64,000 nucleotides of DNA from Eledone cirrhosa (Eukaryota), in NCBI GenBank assembly GCA_964016885.1, contig OZ024763.1, positions 22,072,001-22,136,000 on the forward strand. The letters run 5' to 3'. The translations under genes and the position numbers were made by a program. Numbering within the stretch: the stretch's first letter is position 1; every line of letters begins with the position of its first letter. The notes below the pieces were generated by a model, which saw only the letters and a list, made by a program, of their open reading frames with translations, was not told where the DNA came from and searched no databases. Positions 1-15,576 of this stretch are shown here, in pieces.

Positions 1-138
1 TAAAATAATAATTTCAATTTGTATTTATTTGATATTTAACATTTCTTGTTTTTTTTTTATGTTTTATATTCCACATCATCATCAATAATGTTATTGTTGT
101 TGTTGTTGTTGGTGGTATTGTTGTTATTGTCATTGTTA

Positions 139-172
<34 letters not shown>

Positions 173-1220
173 GCTGTTCTTGTTGTTGTTACTGTTGCTG
201 TTGTTATTATTATTATTATTATTATTACAGTACGATAGATTTGTGAAAAAGAAAAGCAGGAGAAAGTTAGGGAGAGAAAGTGGGAGAGAGAGAAGAGAGA
301 GAGAGAGGGAGAGAGAAAGAGAGGGAGAGAGAAAGAGAGAGAGAGAGAGAGGGAGAGAGAGAGAAAGATAGAGGGGGAAGAGAGAGAAAGAGAGAGAGAG
401 AGTTAATTAAGACAAGCTCCAAAAGATTCATTAACAAAGTTCAATTAATTATTTACAAAAAAAATATTAATAATTTATTTTTCAATTCAAAAACCTCATT
501 TAGCCTCCACCACGACCACAACCACCTTACAGCAACACCACCACCCCGCCTTCCACCACCACTACCCCACACCACCACCACCCAGCCTTCCACGACCCCC
601 CTCCCCCCGTGCATAGTCTCAGAATATTAAACTACCACCACAACCATCACAAACACCACCATTACTACGACTATTGAAGCTGCTACTACTTCTACTACTA
701 CTACTACTACTACTACCACTGTTGTTGTTATTATTTATAATTTATCATTTTTGACTTCTACTACTACTACTACTACTACTATTACTACTATTACTACAAG
801 CAACAGGTATTGTTTTGAAAGATAGCATCATCACCAGCATCATAATCAATATCAACATCATCACCATCATCCTCAACATCAACATCATCATCATCATCAT
901 CATCATCACCATCATCACCACACACGCACACATTTTTCTGTATACACATACACCTCTATACACATTAATACTATATATACAAACAGCATAGCAACCATAA
1001 AACCCAGTCTGTACACCTGTGTGGTGGAGATGAGGTGGAGATGTGTGTGGGGAAGGGGGTCTGCAAAGAGATGACAGGTGCCAACCTACCTGGTTAATTG
1101 GCTTATAGCTTGTCATGCGGAGCCTAATAAGGTCACGAATGAATGGCTTTGTCCATGGAATGCATTCCATAACATAGGGTATATATGTGTGTGTGTATGT
1201 ATGTGTGTATTTATATATGC

Positions 1221-1252
<32 letters not shown>

Positions 1253-1343
1253 GTATATATATGTATATATATATATGTATATATATATATGTATATATAT
1301 ATATGTATATATATATATGTATATATATGTATATATATATATG

Positions 1344-1439
<96 letters not shown>

Positions 1440-1470
1440 CATATATATACATATATATACATATATATAC

Positions 1471-1641
<171 letters not shown>

Positions 1642-1716
1642 TACATATATATATATACATATATACATATATATATACATATATATATATACATATATAT
1701 ATACATATATATATAC

Positions 1717-1749
<33 letters not shown>

Positions 1750-1756
1750 CATATAC

Positions 1757-1792
<36 letters not shown>

Positions 1793-2019
1793 TCATGTTG
1801 TTATAGAAACGACTTCTATAGGACTAGAACTTCGTGAGAAATTATCAGGAAAGTCTTTGATGGTTTCTTATGAATGCAACAGAACTAGTCCTGCAGAATC
1901 ATTTATATAATAAAATATACATACCTATACTCTACTGGCGTATTGAGTACCTTTCTTATCTGAGGTCACCTCCCGATATACATCGGGAATTCAGCTGTGT
2001 GTGTATATATATATATATA

Positions 2020-2350
<331 letters not shown>

Positions 2351-3354
2351 GTTCGTCCGTACATTGTAGCAGTTTGAATGTCCAAAGGTGTGGAAAGAAC
2401 TCAATTGTATGTTTCAAGAATTACAATGTCTTTATATAGTATTTAGGTTTACCAAATCCCTACATATGTTTCAAAGCCAGTCGAGGCCAGTCTTTCGTCA
2501 GCCTTTAGATTATGAGAAAAATTGCCGCCTTACCAGTAGCTGCAGGGAAACGCATTGGGATGTCAAATTTCGGTGGGAATTTGTGATAGAGATTGTAAAA
2601 CAGACAGGCTTCTATGCTGAGTTACCTCTCTTCTTTGCCGTTGACAGATTCAAGAAATGTACTGTGTTCATCTAGAAAGTTCTTTCAATTCCTCATCTAT
2701 ACGACTGCGCATATAATCAAATACTGTGTATTGTTGTTTCTTTGTGGATATAGGCTGACTTAGAAGGGTTGTGTATGAAGAGGGACATTGGGCATGATTT
2801 ACATATGGCAACATTTATATTCCTGAAGATATGTAGAACAGTAGACTAATGTCCAATGTATATATTGAGGTATGGCCTGTTGTTATACATTGAAATGTAT
2901 GTTGGGTAAAATTATGTTATAAGTCTAAATAGGTTATTCACTCTTAATTTATTAAATTTTGAGCTCTGCAGTTTGTGCCATGACAGTCTATAATGTAATA
3001 TACAGAGATTGAAAACTTATTCAGCCTTTTTGAGTTACCGCTGGACCAAGAATACTGATTAGCATTGAACTTCTATAATCTGTCCCTGTATATATTGGTA
3101 AACTCCAATATAACCTAACATATACTATATATAAATATCCCGTATTTTTTTCTTCTCTCTTTCTCTCTCTCTCATGGCCTCTTGATCGATAAAAGGCTGT
3201 GGGGGTGGGGGTGCTACGGATAGATGTATAGTTTATAATGCACCGAAACATCCGTGACCCCTAGTAAACTACTGACGAAGGGAGACTGTCCATCTCTTGT
3301 TTGTCTCCTTACCTTCTAACACTTTATATATATATATATATATTATATAGGGCA

Positions 3355-3598
3355 GGTACAATTTCCGAGATCCATGGACGAGTTCTCTCCAGCAGTTTTT
3401 GACCTTCCTCATCACCGCTATATCCAACGTCTCCCCGAGATCAGTGTCTGTCCCTAGGGCATCAACGTATGTCACCCTCGATCTCACTTTTCCGGTATGT
3501 CTCCGAACCACTGAGTGCAGTGTCAACTCTGAATGTTGGTGAGCATGTCAAGCTAACCTCAGTCTCCTGTATGCCATTTTCGAGAGGCTCCCGTACTG

Positions 3599-3600
<2 letters not shown>
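3355..3600 (-). mobile_element. Degraded RTE-like LINE C-terminal fragment (third family)
   Basis: RRLRLAxH...RVTYVDALGTDTDL...WRELV, typical RTE C-terminus; flanked by (TA)n. Confidence 0.65.
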
Positions 3601-3647
<47 letters not shown>

Positions 3648-3890
3648 AGACGTCAACATGAATGGACCTGTTATTTTTTTCTATTTCTAAAGACATTTTT
3701 TCAAATTTCAACCCGCCCGTCCCTTCAATCTATCTTATTTCTCATTCTTTCTTCTGATGAAGGATTAATGTCCAAAACGCTAAGAACCTCTTCCTGCTAT
3801 TTCAAGCGTCAACCTAATATATTCCTTCCATATACGGTACTGATTGTGTTGTTATTTCTGTTTACCTTATATATATATATATATATATAT

Positions 3891-3923
3891 ACTAGCAGAA
3901 TGGCCCGGCGTTGCTCGGGATTT
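3891..3923 (-). mobile_element. Helitron 3' terminus
   Basis: Minus strand CCCGAGCAACGCCGGG hairpin followed after ~8 nt by CTAG then T. Confidence 0.7.
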
Positions 3924-4052
3924 GCTCTAGGGTTCTTATATATTTGATATATATTTATCCTTATCGAGCCTCGTAAAATAAATTGTGGATTTTCTTGTTG
4001 TTTTTTGCTTTTTTGTAAATTTAGTCATCATCATTTTCTGTTTTTCCATGCT

Positions 4053-4093
<41 letters not shown>

Positions 4094-4308
4094 AGAACAG
4101 ATTAAAGTTTAAGCAAAGAATCGCTGCTTTCATCCTTAACGGGATTTTCTGAAACAGTTTCAGAAGATCCCGTTAAGGGTGAAAGCAGCGATTCTTTGCT
4201 TAAACTTTAATCTGTTCTTATAATAAATATTTGCTCTACCGGTTTATATATATTTTATATATCATACTTATCGAGCCCTCTTTGGATTTTAGTCTTCACA
4301 TTTATTAT

Positions 4309-4348
<40 letters not shown>

Positions 4349-4792
4349 CAGTATCCTGGCAGAATTTTAAGTAATTTTAATGTAAAGGTGTGTAACTAGG
4401 GTACAGCAAGACATCTAGCCAGCGATCTGCTGATTCTGTCAACCTAACCAGCCACAAATAACAACAACAACAATAACAACAGCAACACCAACAACGACAA
4501 CGGCGATAAACATGACTTTTGACATAGGTACAACACCTCAAATTTGAAGATGGGTTATAGCCGATTATATCGACCCCAGTACATGACTGGTACTTTATTT
4601 TATCGAGCCCAGTAGGATGAAAGGCAAAGTCGACCGACCATATACCGGGGATTTCAATTCAGAACGCCAAGAGGGCCGTGACTAAAAAACCGCAAAGCGT
4701 TTCGTCAAGACCCTCAATCGATTCTGCCAATCCACTCTCCCCTCTAATATATAAAATAACAATCACTAATAATAATAATAATAATAATGATG

Positions 4793-4828
<36 letters not shown>

Positions 4829-5189
4829 TATTCATCATCATCATCAACAACAATAACTAACAACAGCACATCATGTATAGGGGTGGGCTGGACTGGGGTG
4901 GAGTTGGGTCAAGGTAGTGGGTTACTCATTCAAAATTCTGTTAAGTTCTGGTTCACTAAAACGTCTCCGAAGATATTTTAAATTAGGGAATTTTTGCATT
5001 TCGTTTTTTATATATATTTTGAGGTCTAGGGTAAAAGGGACCTGGGGCCCGGGTGGTGGGGGTTTTCTTTTCTTTTTTGTTTTCATGTTTTTGTTTTTTA
5101 TTGTTTTTCAAGAACCATACTAAAAAAAAAACGAAAAAAAAAACAAAAACAAATATCATCATCATCAACAAAATTCTATAAACAAATTC

Positions 5190-5900
5190 TTGGTACATGT
5201 AGGAATATGGTAAACTATTGGTACACGTAGAATAAGGTAGATTCTTGTTACAGTTCCGAATAAGGTAAATTGTTCAGTACATGTGGATATATGGTAAATC
5301 CTTCGTACATGTAGACTAAGGTAGATTCCTGTTCCATGTTAGAACAAGGTAAATTCTTCAGTACATGCGGAATATGGTAAATCCTTGATACATGTAGATT
5401 CTTGTTCCATGTTGGAATAAGGTAAATTCTTCAGTACATGAGGATATATGGTTAATCCTTCGTATATGTAGACTGGGGTAGTTTCTTGTTCCATGTTGGA
5501 ATAAGGTAAATTCTTCAGTACATGTGGAATATGGTAAATCCTTGGTACATGTAGAATATGGTAGATTCTTGGTACATGTTGGAATAAGGTAAATTTTCCA
5601 GTACATGGTGGACTAAGGTAGATCCTTCAGTACATGTTGAAATATGGTCAATTCTTCAGTACATCTGGAATATAGTAGGCTCTTGGTACACGTGGAATAA
5701 GCTAGATTCTTGGTACATGTTGGAATATGGTAAATCCTTCAGTACATAGGGAATATGGTAGACTCTCCAGTACATTTGGAATATGGTAGTCTTTTAAGTA
5801 TATGTTGGAATAAGGTAAATTCTCCAGAACATGTTGGAATATGGTAGATTCTTCAGTACATGTTGGAATAAGGTAGACTTTCAGTAGACTCGGAATAAGG
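5190..5900. repeat. ~30-bp minisatellite
   Basis: Unit approx. tcttcagtacatgttggaataaggtaaat. Confidence 0.9.
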
Positions 5901-6068
5901 TAGGTAAAATTGAGACAAACAAACATACATACAGTTTTGTAACCGTTGCAACACAGCACTATAGAATTTATAATCTTTTTTTTAAATCATATAACACAGA
6001 AAAGAGAGAAATACATACATATATATATACATATACACACCCACACACATATATATATATATATATAT

Positions 6069-6226
6069 AGGTAAAATTCCGTTATAACGAATACCATTAT
6101 AACGAATTGTTTTCAATCCCGGTTACACGCTCGATTTGTTAGGTCTATCTCGTTATAAAAAATGTTTCGTTACAACGAATTCTTTTTATACCTGGTAAAT
6201 TATTTTCATAACGGAATTTCACTTTG
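6069..6226. mobile_element. pogo/Tigger-like MITE
   Basis: TIR gtaaaattccgttataacgaa / ttcataacggaatttcac within (TA)n. Confidence 0.65.
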
Positions 6227-6259
<33 letters not shown>

Positions 6260-6819
6260 CTGTGTGTATGTGTGTCCAAACCATAAAGGATATAGAACCG
6301 TAGTTCTATTTTGAACATGGCTGGGTGTTAATAGTTATTATGGTCAGTTGGTATATTTTGTGTTATTATTTTCATTAACTTGTATAAACCGTTCTCTGCG
6401 TAGTTAATAACTTCGTCACCCTGTTGGTTTTATTTACCTTATGGTGTCAACATACACATACAAACAGACACATATATATAAACATATATATATATATATA
6501 TACACATATATACATATAAATATATATACACATATATATATATACATATATGCATATAAATATATATACACATATATACATATAAATATATATACACATA
6601 TATACATATAAATATATATACACATATATACATATAAATATATATACACATATATACATATAAATATATATACACATATACACATATAAATATATATACA
6701 TATATATATATAAATATATATATACATATATATAAATATATATATACATATATATATATATAAATATATATATACATATATATATATAAATATATATATA
6801 CATATATATATATATATAA

Positions 6820-6850
<31 letters not shown>

Positions 6851-7577
6851 AATATATATATACATATATATATATATAAATATATATATACATATATATA
6901 TATATAAATATATATATATATAAATATATATATATATAAATATATATATACATATATACATATTAATATATATACACATAAATATATATATATATACATA
7001 TATACAGATCAATATACATATACATATATACAGATCAATGTATATATACATATATACAGATCAATGTATATATACATATATACAGATCAATGTATATACA
7101 CATATATACATATCAATATATATACACATATATACAGATAAATATATATACACATACAGATCAATGTATATACACATATATACAGATAAATATATATACA
7201 CATATATACAGATAAATATATATACACATATATACATATCAATATATATACACATATATACAGATAAATATATATATATATACATATAAATATATATACA
7301 CAGATATACATAAATATATACATGTATAAATACACACATATATATAAATATATATATACACACACACACACATATATATATTTATATGCATATAAATATA
7401 TATATATACATATAAATATATATATACATATGCATATAAATATATATATATGCATATAAATATATATATACATATGCATATAAATATATATATATATATA
7501 TACATATGCATATAAATATATATATATATACATATAAATATATATATACATATGCATATAAATATATATATATATAC

Positions 7578-7617
<40 letters not shown>

Positions 7618-7739
7618 ATATATATATATATACAAACACACATATATATATATACATACACACACATATATATATACATACACACATATATATATATATA
7701 AATATTTATATGTATATATATATATATATTTATATGTAT

Positions 7740-7771
<32 letters not shown>

Positions 7772-8251
7772 ATATATATATATATTTATATGTATATATA
7801 TATATTTATATGTATATATATATATTTATATGTATATATATATATTTATATATATATATATATTTATATGTATATTTATATGTATATGTATATATATATT
7901 TATATGTATATATATATATTTATATGTATATGTATATATATATTTATATGAAACAAAATGAAAACGAAATTTCATTTCTCACTCTTAGTATGGCACTTAC
8001 TTAAATGTAAGTATGCATGTATACGTACATACATATATGTATACAGACGTACAGTAGCATGCACATATATATATATATATACATATATACATACATATGC
8101 ATACAGGTACACATACATATATGCACGTATCAGTTTAGCGGCGCTTATTATAACGTCGCTTTGTTCGTTTGTAAACAAACTGAACAGCCTGAATTTATGC
8201 CATACGGTGTTAAGGCAACCACGTCACCCTTCTGTTCAACACTGACACAGG

Positions 8252-8296
8252 AACGATGTACTAGTTTCAAGCTTGTTAGCTATCATCAGCACCGTT
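8252..8296 (-). ncRNA. Type I hammerhead ribozyme motif (minimal, palindromic stem III)
   Basis: AACGGTG-CTGATGA-TAGCT AACA AGCTT-GAAAC TA GTA-CATCGTT: 7-bp stem I, intact core, GUA cleavage triplet. Confidence 0.8.
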
Positions 8297-8641
8297 TACC
8301 CATCTGCCAGATAGTTGAACGTTCGAAAGTATATACTTTCCTTATGAAAATTAACGGCTGAGCAGCCTAATTTGCATATTGAGTGAGTTAAATCGGTCAG
8401 GCATACCGAAAACGATAAATTGGAACAAAATGAAAACGAAATTTCATTTCTCACTCTTAGTATGGCACTTACTTAAATGTAAGTATGCATGTATACGTAC
8501 ATACATATATGTATACAGACGTACAGTAGCATGCACATATATATATATATATACATATATACATACATATGCATACAGGTACACATACATATATGCACGT
8601 ATATATATATATATATATATACATATAAATATATATATATT

Positions 8642-8698
<57 letters not shown>

Positions 8699-9473
8699 GT
8701 ATATATATATATATTTATATTATATATATATTTATATGTATATATATGTATATATTTATATGTATATATATACATATACATATAAATATATATATATGTG
8801 TATGTATATATATATTTATATATTTATATGTATATATATACATATACATATAAATATATATATATGTGTATGTATATATATATTTATATATATATACACA
8901 TACATACACATATATATATATACATATGTATACATATATATATACATATATATATACATATATATATACATATATACATATATACATACATATATATACA
9001 CACACATATATATACACATATATACATACATATATATATACACATATATACATACATATATATATACATATATATACACATATATATATACACATATATA
9101 CATACATATATATATACATATATATACACATATATATACATATATATACACATATATATACACATATATACACATATATACATACATATATACATATACA
9201 TATATATACACATATATATACATACATATACACATATATATACACATATATACATACATATATACATACATATATATATACATATATATATACACATACA
9301 TATACACACATATATATATACATACATATATACATACACATATACATACACATATATATACACATACATACATATATATATACACATACATACATATATA
9401 TATACACATACATACATATATATATACACATACATACATATATATATACACATACATACATATATATATACAC

Positions 9474-9506
<33 letters not shown>

Positions 9507-9943
9507 CACATATATATATATATACATATGTGTGCGTGTGCGTGTGTGTATGCGTGTGCGTGTATTTCTCTCTTTACTGTGTTATAAAGAGCTCAGAATT
9601 TCTTCCTTGAGCTCATTCGATTATAAGGGAATATTGTGAGTGTTTAACTCAACATTTTAATTTATATATATATATATATTATTATTATTATAAATGTAAG
9701 CTATCACCGTATTTTGACTAAAGAAATTAAAGAAATTATTTAGCCCGATAATGGGGTTAAGAACCCTCGGAGAAATGGAAAAAGATGAGTATTGACATAC
9801 GTCAATACCCATCTTTTTCCATTTCTCCGAGGGTTCTTAACCCCATTATCGGGCTAAATAATTTCTTTAATTTCTTTAGTCAAAATACGGCGATAGCTTA
9901 CATTTATAATTTCAAACTCGCTTGCTGTTTCGAAAATATTCTC

Positions 9944-9974
<31 letters not shown>

Positions 9975-10759
9975 CTCATCATCATCATTACATCAATATT
10001 ATTATTATTATTAAAGCTCCTTAATGTTGATAGCATTTAAGTGATTCTCAACCAAACTTAGGCACAATTGAATGTAGTTTTGTTGTTTTCTTGTTTTACA
10101 GATAAATCGGTTTTTTTTATCATTTTTATCTTCTTTTTTTTTTTGTTAATTTAAATGTCTTTAAAAGTTCGAGAACAAAAAAATTAAATTGTAATTTTGA
10201 ATCAATTAAATTGTATTTCACACATACACACACGAAAAAAAAAATAATTAAATTAAAAAAAAACTAATAAAAAATATATATATGTATGAATTGAATTGAA
10301 AATTATGCATGAAAGAGTCTAAAATGATTTTTACAAAATACAAAATTATTACTATTATTATTATTATTATCATCATCATCGCCATCATCATCATCATCAT
10401 CACTATAATGAGCATTATGATCGTCATAACCATCATTGCTATCACCATCATAGTCCTTCTCATCATCACCACCATCATCATCATCAGTCCTTCCCCTCCT
10501 CCTCCTCATTATCATCATAGACATTATCATGACTAGCATCAATGTTGTTACCACCACCACCACCATCATGTGTGTGTGTGTACAAAAAGAAAGATACAAT
10601 AATAGAGAGAGGGGGAGGAAGGTAAAATAATGTATGAGAGAGGGGGAGGAAGGTAAAATAATGTATGAGAGAGGGGGAGGAAGGTAAAATAATGTATGAG
10701 AGAGAGAGAGAGAGAGAGAAAAGATAGTTGAGTTTACGGTAACAGTAATAATAATAGTT

Positions 10760-12055
10760 TATAATTTAGGCACAAGGCCAGCAATGTGTAGATTATATCG
10801 AACCCCAAAACGTTACTGGTACTTTATCGACGTCGGAAGTTATTTAAACTAAGAACGTAAAGCGCAAGAATAAATCCCTTAAGACCTTTTTCTCGGGGCT
10901 CTAACGACTCCGCCAAGAAACGTCCTCATAACTCAAAACATTAAAAATGATTAATATTGACGTGCTAAATATGGTAATAATTGTTTCTACTTTTGGCACA
11001 AGGCCAGCAATTATCCCAGTACATTACTGGTACTTTATTTTATCGACCCCGTAAGGATTAAAGGCAAAGTTAACCTCGGCGGGATTTGAACTCAGACCAT
11101 AAAAGGCCGTAACTCTATGCTGCAAAGCATGGCGTCCGACCCTCTACCGATACTGCCAATCCACCGCCTGGTAATAATTGTTTCTACTTTAGGCACAAGG
11201 CCAGCAATTACTCAGTACATTACTGGTACTTTATTTTATCGACCCCGTAAGGATGAAAGGCAAGGTTAACCTCTGCGGCATTTGAACTCAGACTGTAAAG
11301 GGACGTGACTATGCTAGAAAGCATGGCGTCCGACCCTCTACCGATACTGCCAATTCACTGCCAATTCATCGCCTGGTAATAATAAAGGGAAATAATCCTA
11401 AGGTTTTACAGATCCAGAGAGTTATATCCCTTGAAAAATAAATAAATAAATAAATAGAATGTGGTATGGCATAGCATGACCTAGTAACTTCTAAGGGGGT
11501 CGTAGATATATATGGCGTTTCTAGGGTATTTTTAACCCCGGCGGAGCTCATCTCCTCTCCAGGTTTGAATACAGCAGATTTCTTCTAGAGAAGAATATAG
11601 AGAGTGAGAGAATGGAAATGTGAAAGAGATATAGAGGGAAAATCGACCTCAGTATTAGACTGGTACTTTTTCTATCGACCCGGAATGGATGATAGGCAAA
11701 GTTGACCTCGGTGGGATTTGAACTGAGAGAGTAGACAGCCGAAACGAATACAGCAAAGCATTGTATCCGATATTCTTACGACTCTGCCAATTCGCCGCCT
11801 ATAAATAAAATGTACATTGATTTAAAATGTGAGAAGCCAATACTATTTTTTTTATTTAGGCGCAAAGTCAGTATATTTGGGCGGCAGAGAAGTCGATGAT
11901 ACCAATATTTTACTGGTACTTTATTTCATCGACCTCGAAAAAATAAAAAGGCAAAGTTCACCTCCACAGAATTTGAAGTCAGAATGAAAAGTCCGAGACA
12001 AATACCGCAAAGCATTTGTCCGACGCTCTGGCGATTCTGCCAATTCACCGCTCTC
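10760..12055 (-). mobile_element. Cluster of about five tRNA-derived SINEs with Nin/Deu-like domain
   Basis: A box tggcagagtcg, B box gttcaaatcc, core gaggttaactttgcctttcatccttacggggtcgataaaataaagtaccag; further copies at 4520-4740, 20295-20530, 34598-34870, 41590-41745, 45790-45950, 59470-59565, 60535-60690. Confidence 0.85.
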
Positions 12056-12653
12056 ATAACATTATAGCTAACAGGCTACACTAGGTGTTAATAGCCAAGG
12101 GAAATAATTCTAAAGATTAAATAATTCGAAAGAGTTAGTTCCCTTGAAAAAATAAACCAAACGACATATTTAAAATGTCGTTTGAGGTCAAGATTTACAT
12201 ATTAGTTTCGAAAATTGATTCTTGGTAATTGATCTGAGAAAAGCCACACACCCAAATCAATGAATTCAATTTTTTTTTTTTGTTTGTTTGTTCATGGAAT
12301 ACTATCATTATAGATTTTATTTAAAGAAAAACGAAACAAAACTTTTCTGAACCCTGCAAACTTCCACCGGACAAATGTGTTGTTAGGGAGGGGGGCGGGC
12401 CTACTTCGTTTTCAACCTACGTGTGGTCACACATTGAATGTAGCCAAATAAAAGCGAAGATAGCGTTAAAGAAAAAAATTTTTTTTCATTGAGAAAAAGG
12501 TAGAAAGAGCAGCAGACAATATCTGTTTTGCTAACTACCATATATACTCCTGTGTGTGTATGTATATATATATATATATACGTCTCGTTAGCTAAGTCAC
12601 ATTTTACATATAAGATGAACAATGTACTATATATAATACGCCACGTATGTTTA

Positions 12654-12691
<38 letters not shown>

Positions 12692-12791
12692 AGTATGAAA
12701 TTTCGTTTCATTTTTTCCGTTTATATATATATATATATAGTCGTTAGATAAGTCACACATTTTACATATAAGATGTACAATGTACACGTAC

Positions 12792-12846
<55 letters not shown>

Positions 12847-13831
12847 AAGAAAGAATTATAGGGGAATAATCCACTATTATTTTAGGAATGTGTCAAGTTC
12901 AATGTGTTATTAAAGTCTCCAGTATGCAGGAATTCAAGTTAAAGGTGTACTTAGCTACCATTTTGTAATTTTCTATTAGTGTATATATCATGTGTACCAA
13001 CATACTGAACATTTATATAACTATATTCTGGAAATAAATCATTAAAATATCGTTTTTATCTACGGTATATTATTAAATATATTTATAGGAAACTTAAAAA
13101 GTATATGTTGTTACAGAGACAGTGATTTTTCTTTTACAAAGATAATTTTCTGAAACTACTAACAACTTCCTTTTGTATATTCAAAACACAAAGCAAATGT
13201 AGAATATATATATATATCAATAGTAGACAGAGAGAGAGGTGGAGGGGTGGTTACAAACAAACGTAAACAACAATCAATACATTGTGAAATTCGAATATTT
13301 ATATTAAATCTATATATATATATATATATATATATTGTTATATTTGGGGAGGGTCATATTGTTGTAATATTGCCAGAATTAATAACAGAGCACACTCACT
13401 GTTTGGTTGGTTTTCGCGTCTGTATCTTTTATATCAGCTAATTCATTCGGTCCTCAATGTTTACCATTGACTGACCAATGGTCAAAAATACAGATATAAT
13501 ATAGACACAAACACATATATATAGCTAACAAAGTTCTTTCGTTGCACATCTGCAACATCGTCAGTGGTACTATTATGTTCCTCCTGTTGTATTGTATATC
13601 GACGCCATCTTTATAAATAAATAAACCAACCAAACAGTGAATGTGTTCTGTTATTAATTCTGGCAATATTATTACAACAATATGACCCTCCCCAAATATA
13701 ACAATATTTGTTTCGACACACGATTTCATATCAAAAACTTTGCAAAACACACACACACACACACACACACACATATTTATAGATATTTTATTGGTATCTG
13801 CTCTACTGCAGCTACAGCTTCGATTTATACC

Positions 13832-13892
<61 letters not shown>

Positions 13893-14171
13893 TATATATA
13901 TATATATATATATACATATATACACATACATAATCTATACACACACACATATATATATGATGTAAATAAGTGTTTGGTAACATATTTTAATGGATAATTT
14001 GCTCTACATGTGCATAATCTAACACAGTAGGAGGTCATATAATATGTTTTAAATTATATGTAGCCTTGTGTCCAGTTTATTATAATAAATTGTATAAATG
14101 TATTTTGAGGAGATATAACTTTTTCACCTTCACCTTTTCAGTTTTTATATTTGAAAACAAATTTCTTTATA

Positions 14172-14219
<48 letters not shown>

Positions 14220-14365
14220 ATATATATACACGCACGCACAAACACACACACACACATTATATATATATATATAGTTATAGTTATGTAATAAACAACATAA
14301 GACAATTATTCCATTTACCAAAGGTTTCACGGACACAGACGTCTGAAATCACTCATCAGAATATA

Positions 14366-14434
<69 letters not shown>

Positions 14435-14641
14435 GCTCAAAACTGAATCAAACTGCACTAAAGAAATATTTTAAATATTTAATAAGAAATAAAATAAATA
14501 GAATTTAAAAAACAAAACAAAAAGAAAAGAAAATAACAAAAAAACAAACAAGGAAAATATAAGATAATTTACAAATTACTATTGTTGCTTTTTTTTATTT
14601 ATTTAATGTCATTATTCATTTTATATATATATATATGTATG

Positions 14642-14672
<31 letters not shown>

Positions 14673-14724
14673 ATGTATGTATATATATATATGTGTGTGT
14701 ATATATATACATGTATATATATTT

Positions 14725-14761
<37 letters not shown>

Positions 14762-15407
14762 CTAGTGTAAAATGTATATATATATTATATAATATACTCT
14801 AAATATATAGAACAATTCATGATACACTATATATATATATATATGTCATCATCATCATCATCAGATATACATATATTCCATAATATGCTACATCACTCTC
14901 TTTATATATATATAGTATAAACATGTTATATATATATATATTTATATATATATGTATATAATAAAATATTGCATAATATACAGCACTGTGTAATGCATAT
15001 GGTGGTGGTGGTGGTGGTGGTACTGCTGCTTCTGCTGGTGGTGATGGTGATGATGATGGTGATGGAAGGAGGAGAACAAAAGAGCAAGGGCTAGGGTGGT
15101 GGTGGGGGTAGTAGTGGGTGGGGTAGGAGTTTACATGGGTGGAGGGGCTTGTTTTAAACAGTTGACTACTCCTCTCGTTAATTTTGATTATTATTGTTTG
15201 CAGAGAGACTGAGATACAGGAGGGAGGGGGTGAGGGTAGAAGGGGGTGGGAGAAGGGAAAGAAGAGGGTCTGACACAGACAAACAGAAGAACCAAATATG
15301 GAACCAAGACCAAAGGGGATAATAGGTTGGTAAGGGGTGAAGAGGAATTGTTTTTAGAGGCTGAGTTTTAAGTTTTTTTGGTCACTATGTATATATACAC
15401 ACATACG

Positions 15408-15451
<44 letters not shown>

Positions 15452-15511
15452 TATATATGTATATATACCATGATATTAAATAAATGGAAACTATATTTAT
15501 AAAACCATATT

Positions 15512-15576
15512 TATTTTATTATATATATTTCAAGGGCAACCAAGACAACATTGGTGCGCTTTCATCAGATAAAATA
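15512..15576 (-). ncRNA. Type I hammerhead ribozyme motif
   Basis: TATTTTAT-CTGATGA-AAGCGCACCAA TGTTGTC TTGGTTGCCCTT-GAAAT ATAT ATA-ATAAAATA: 8-bp stem I, intact core. Confidence 0.78.

Noticed and set aside
1090-1180. Minus-strand exon candidate [30 protein letters not shown]|gtaggt
   Set aside because: Good donor but no acceptor AG before the microsatellite and no recognisable homology
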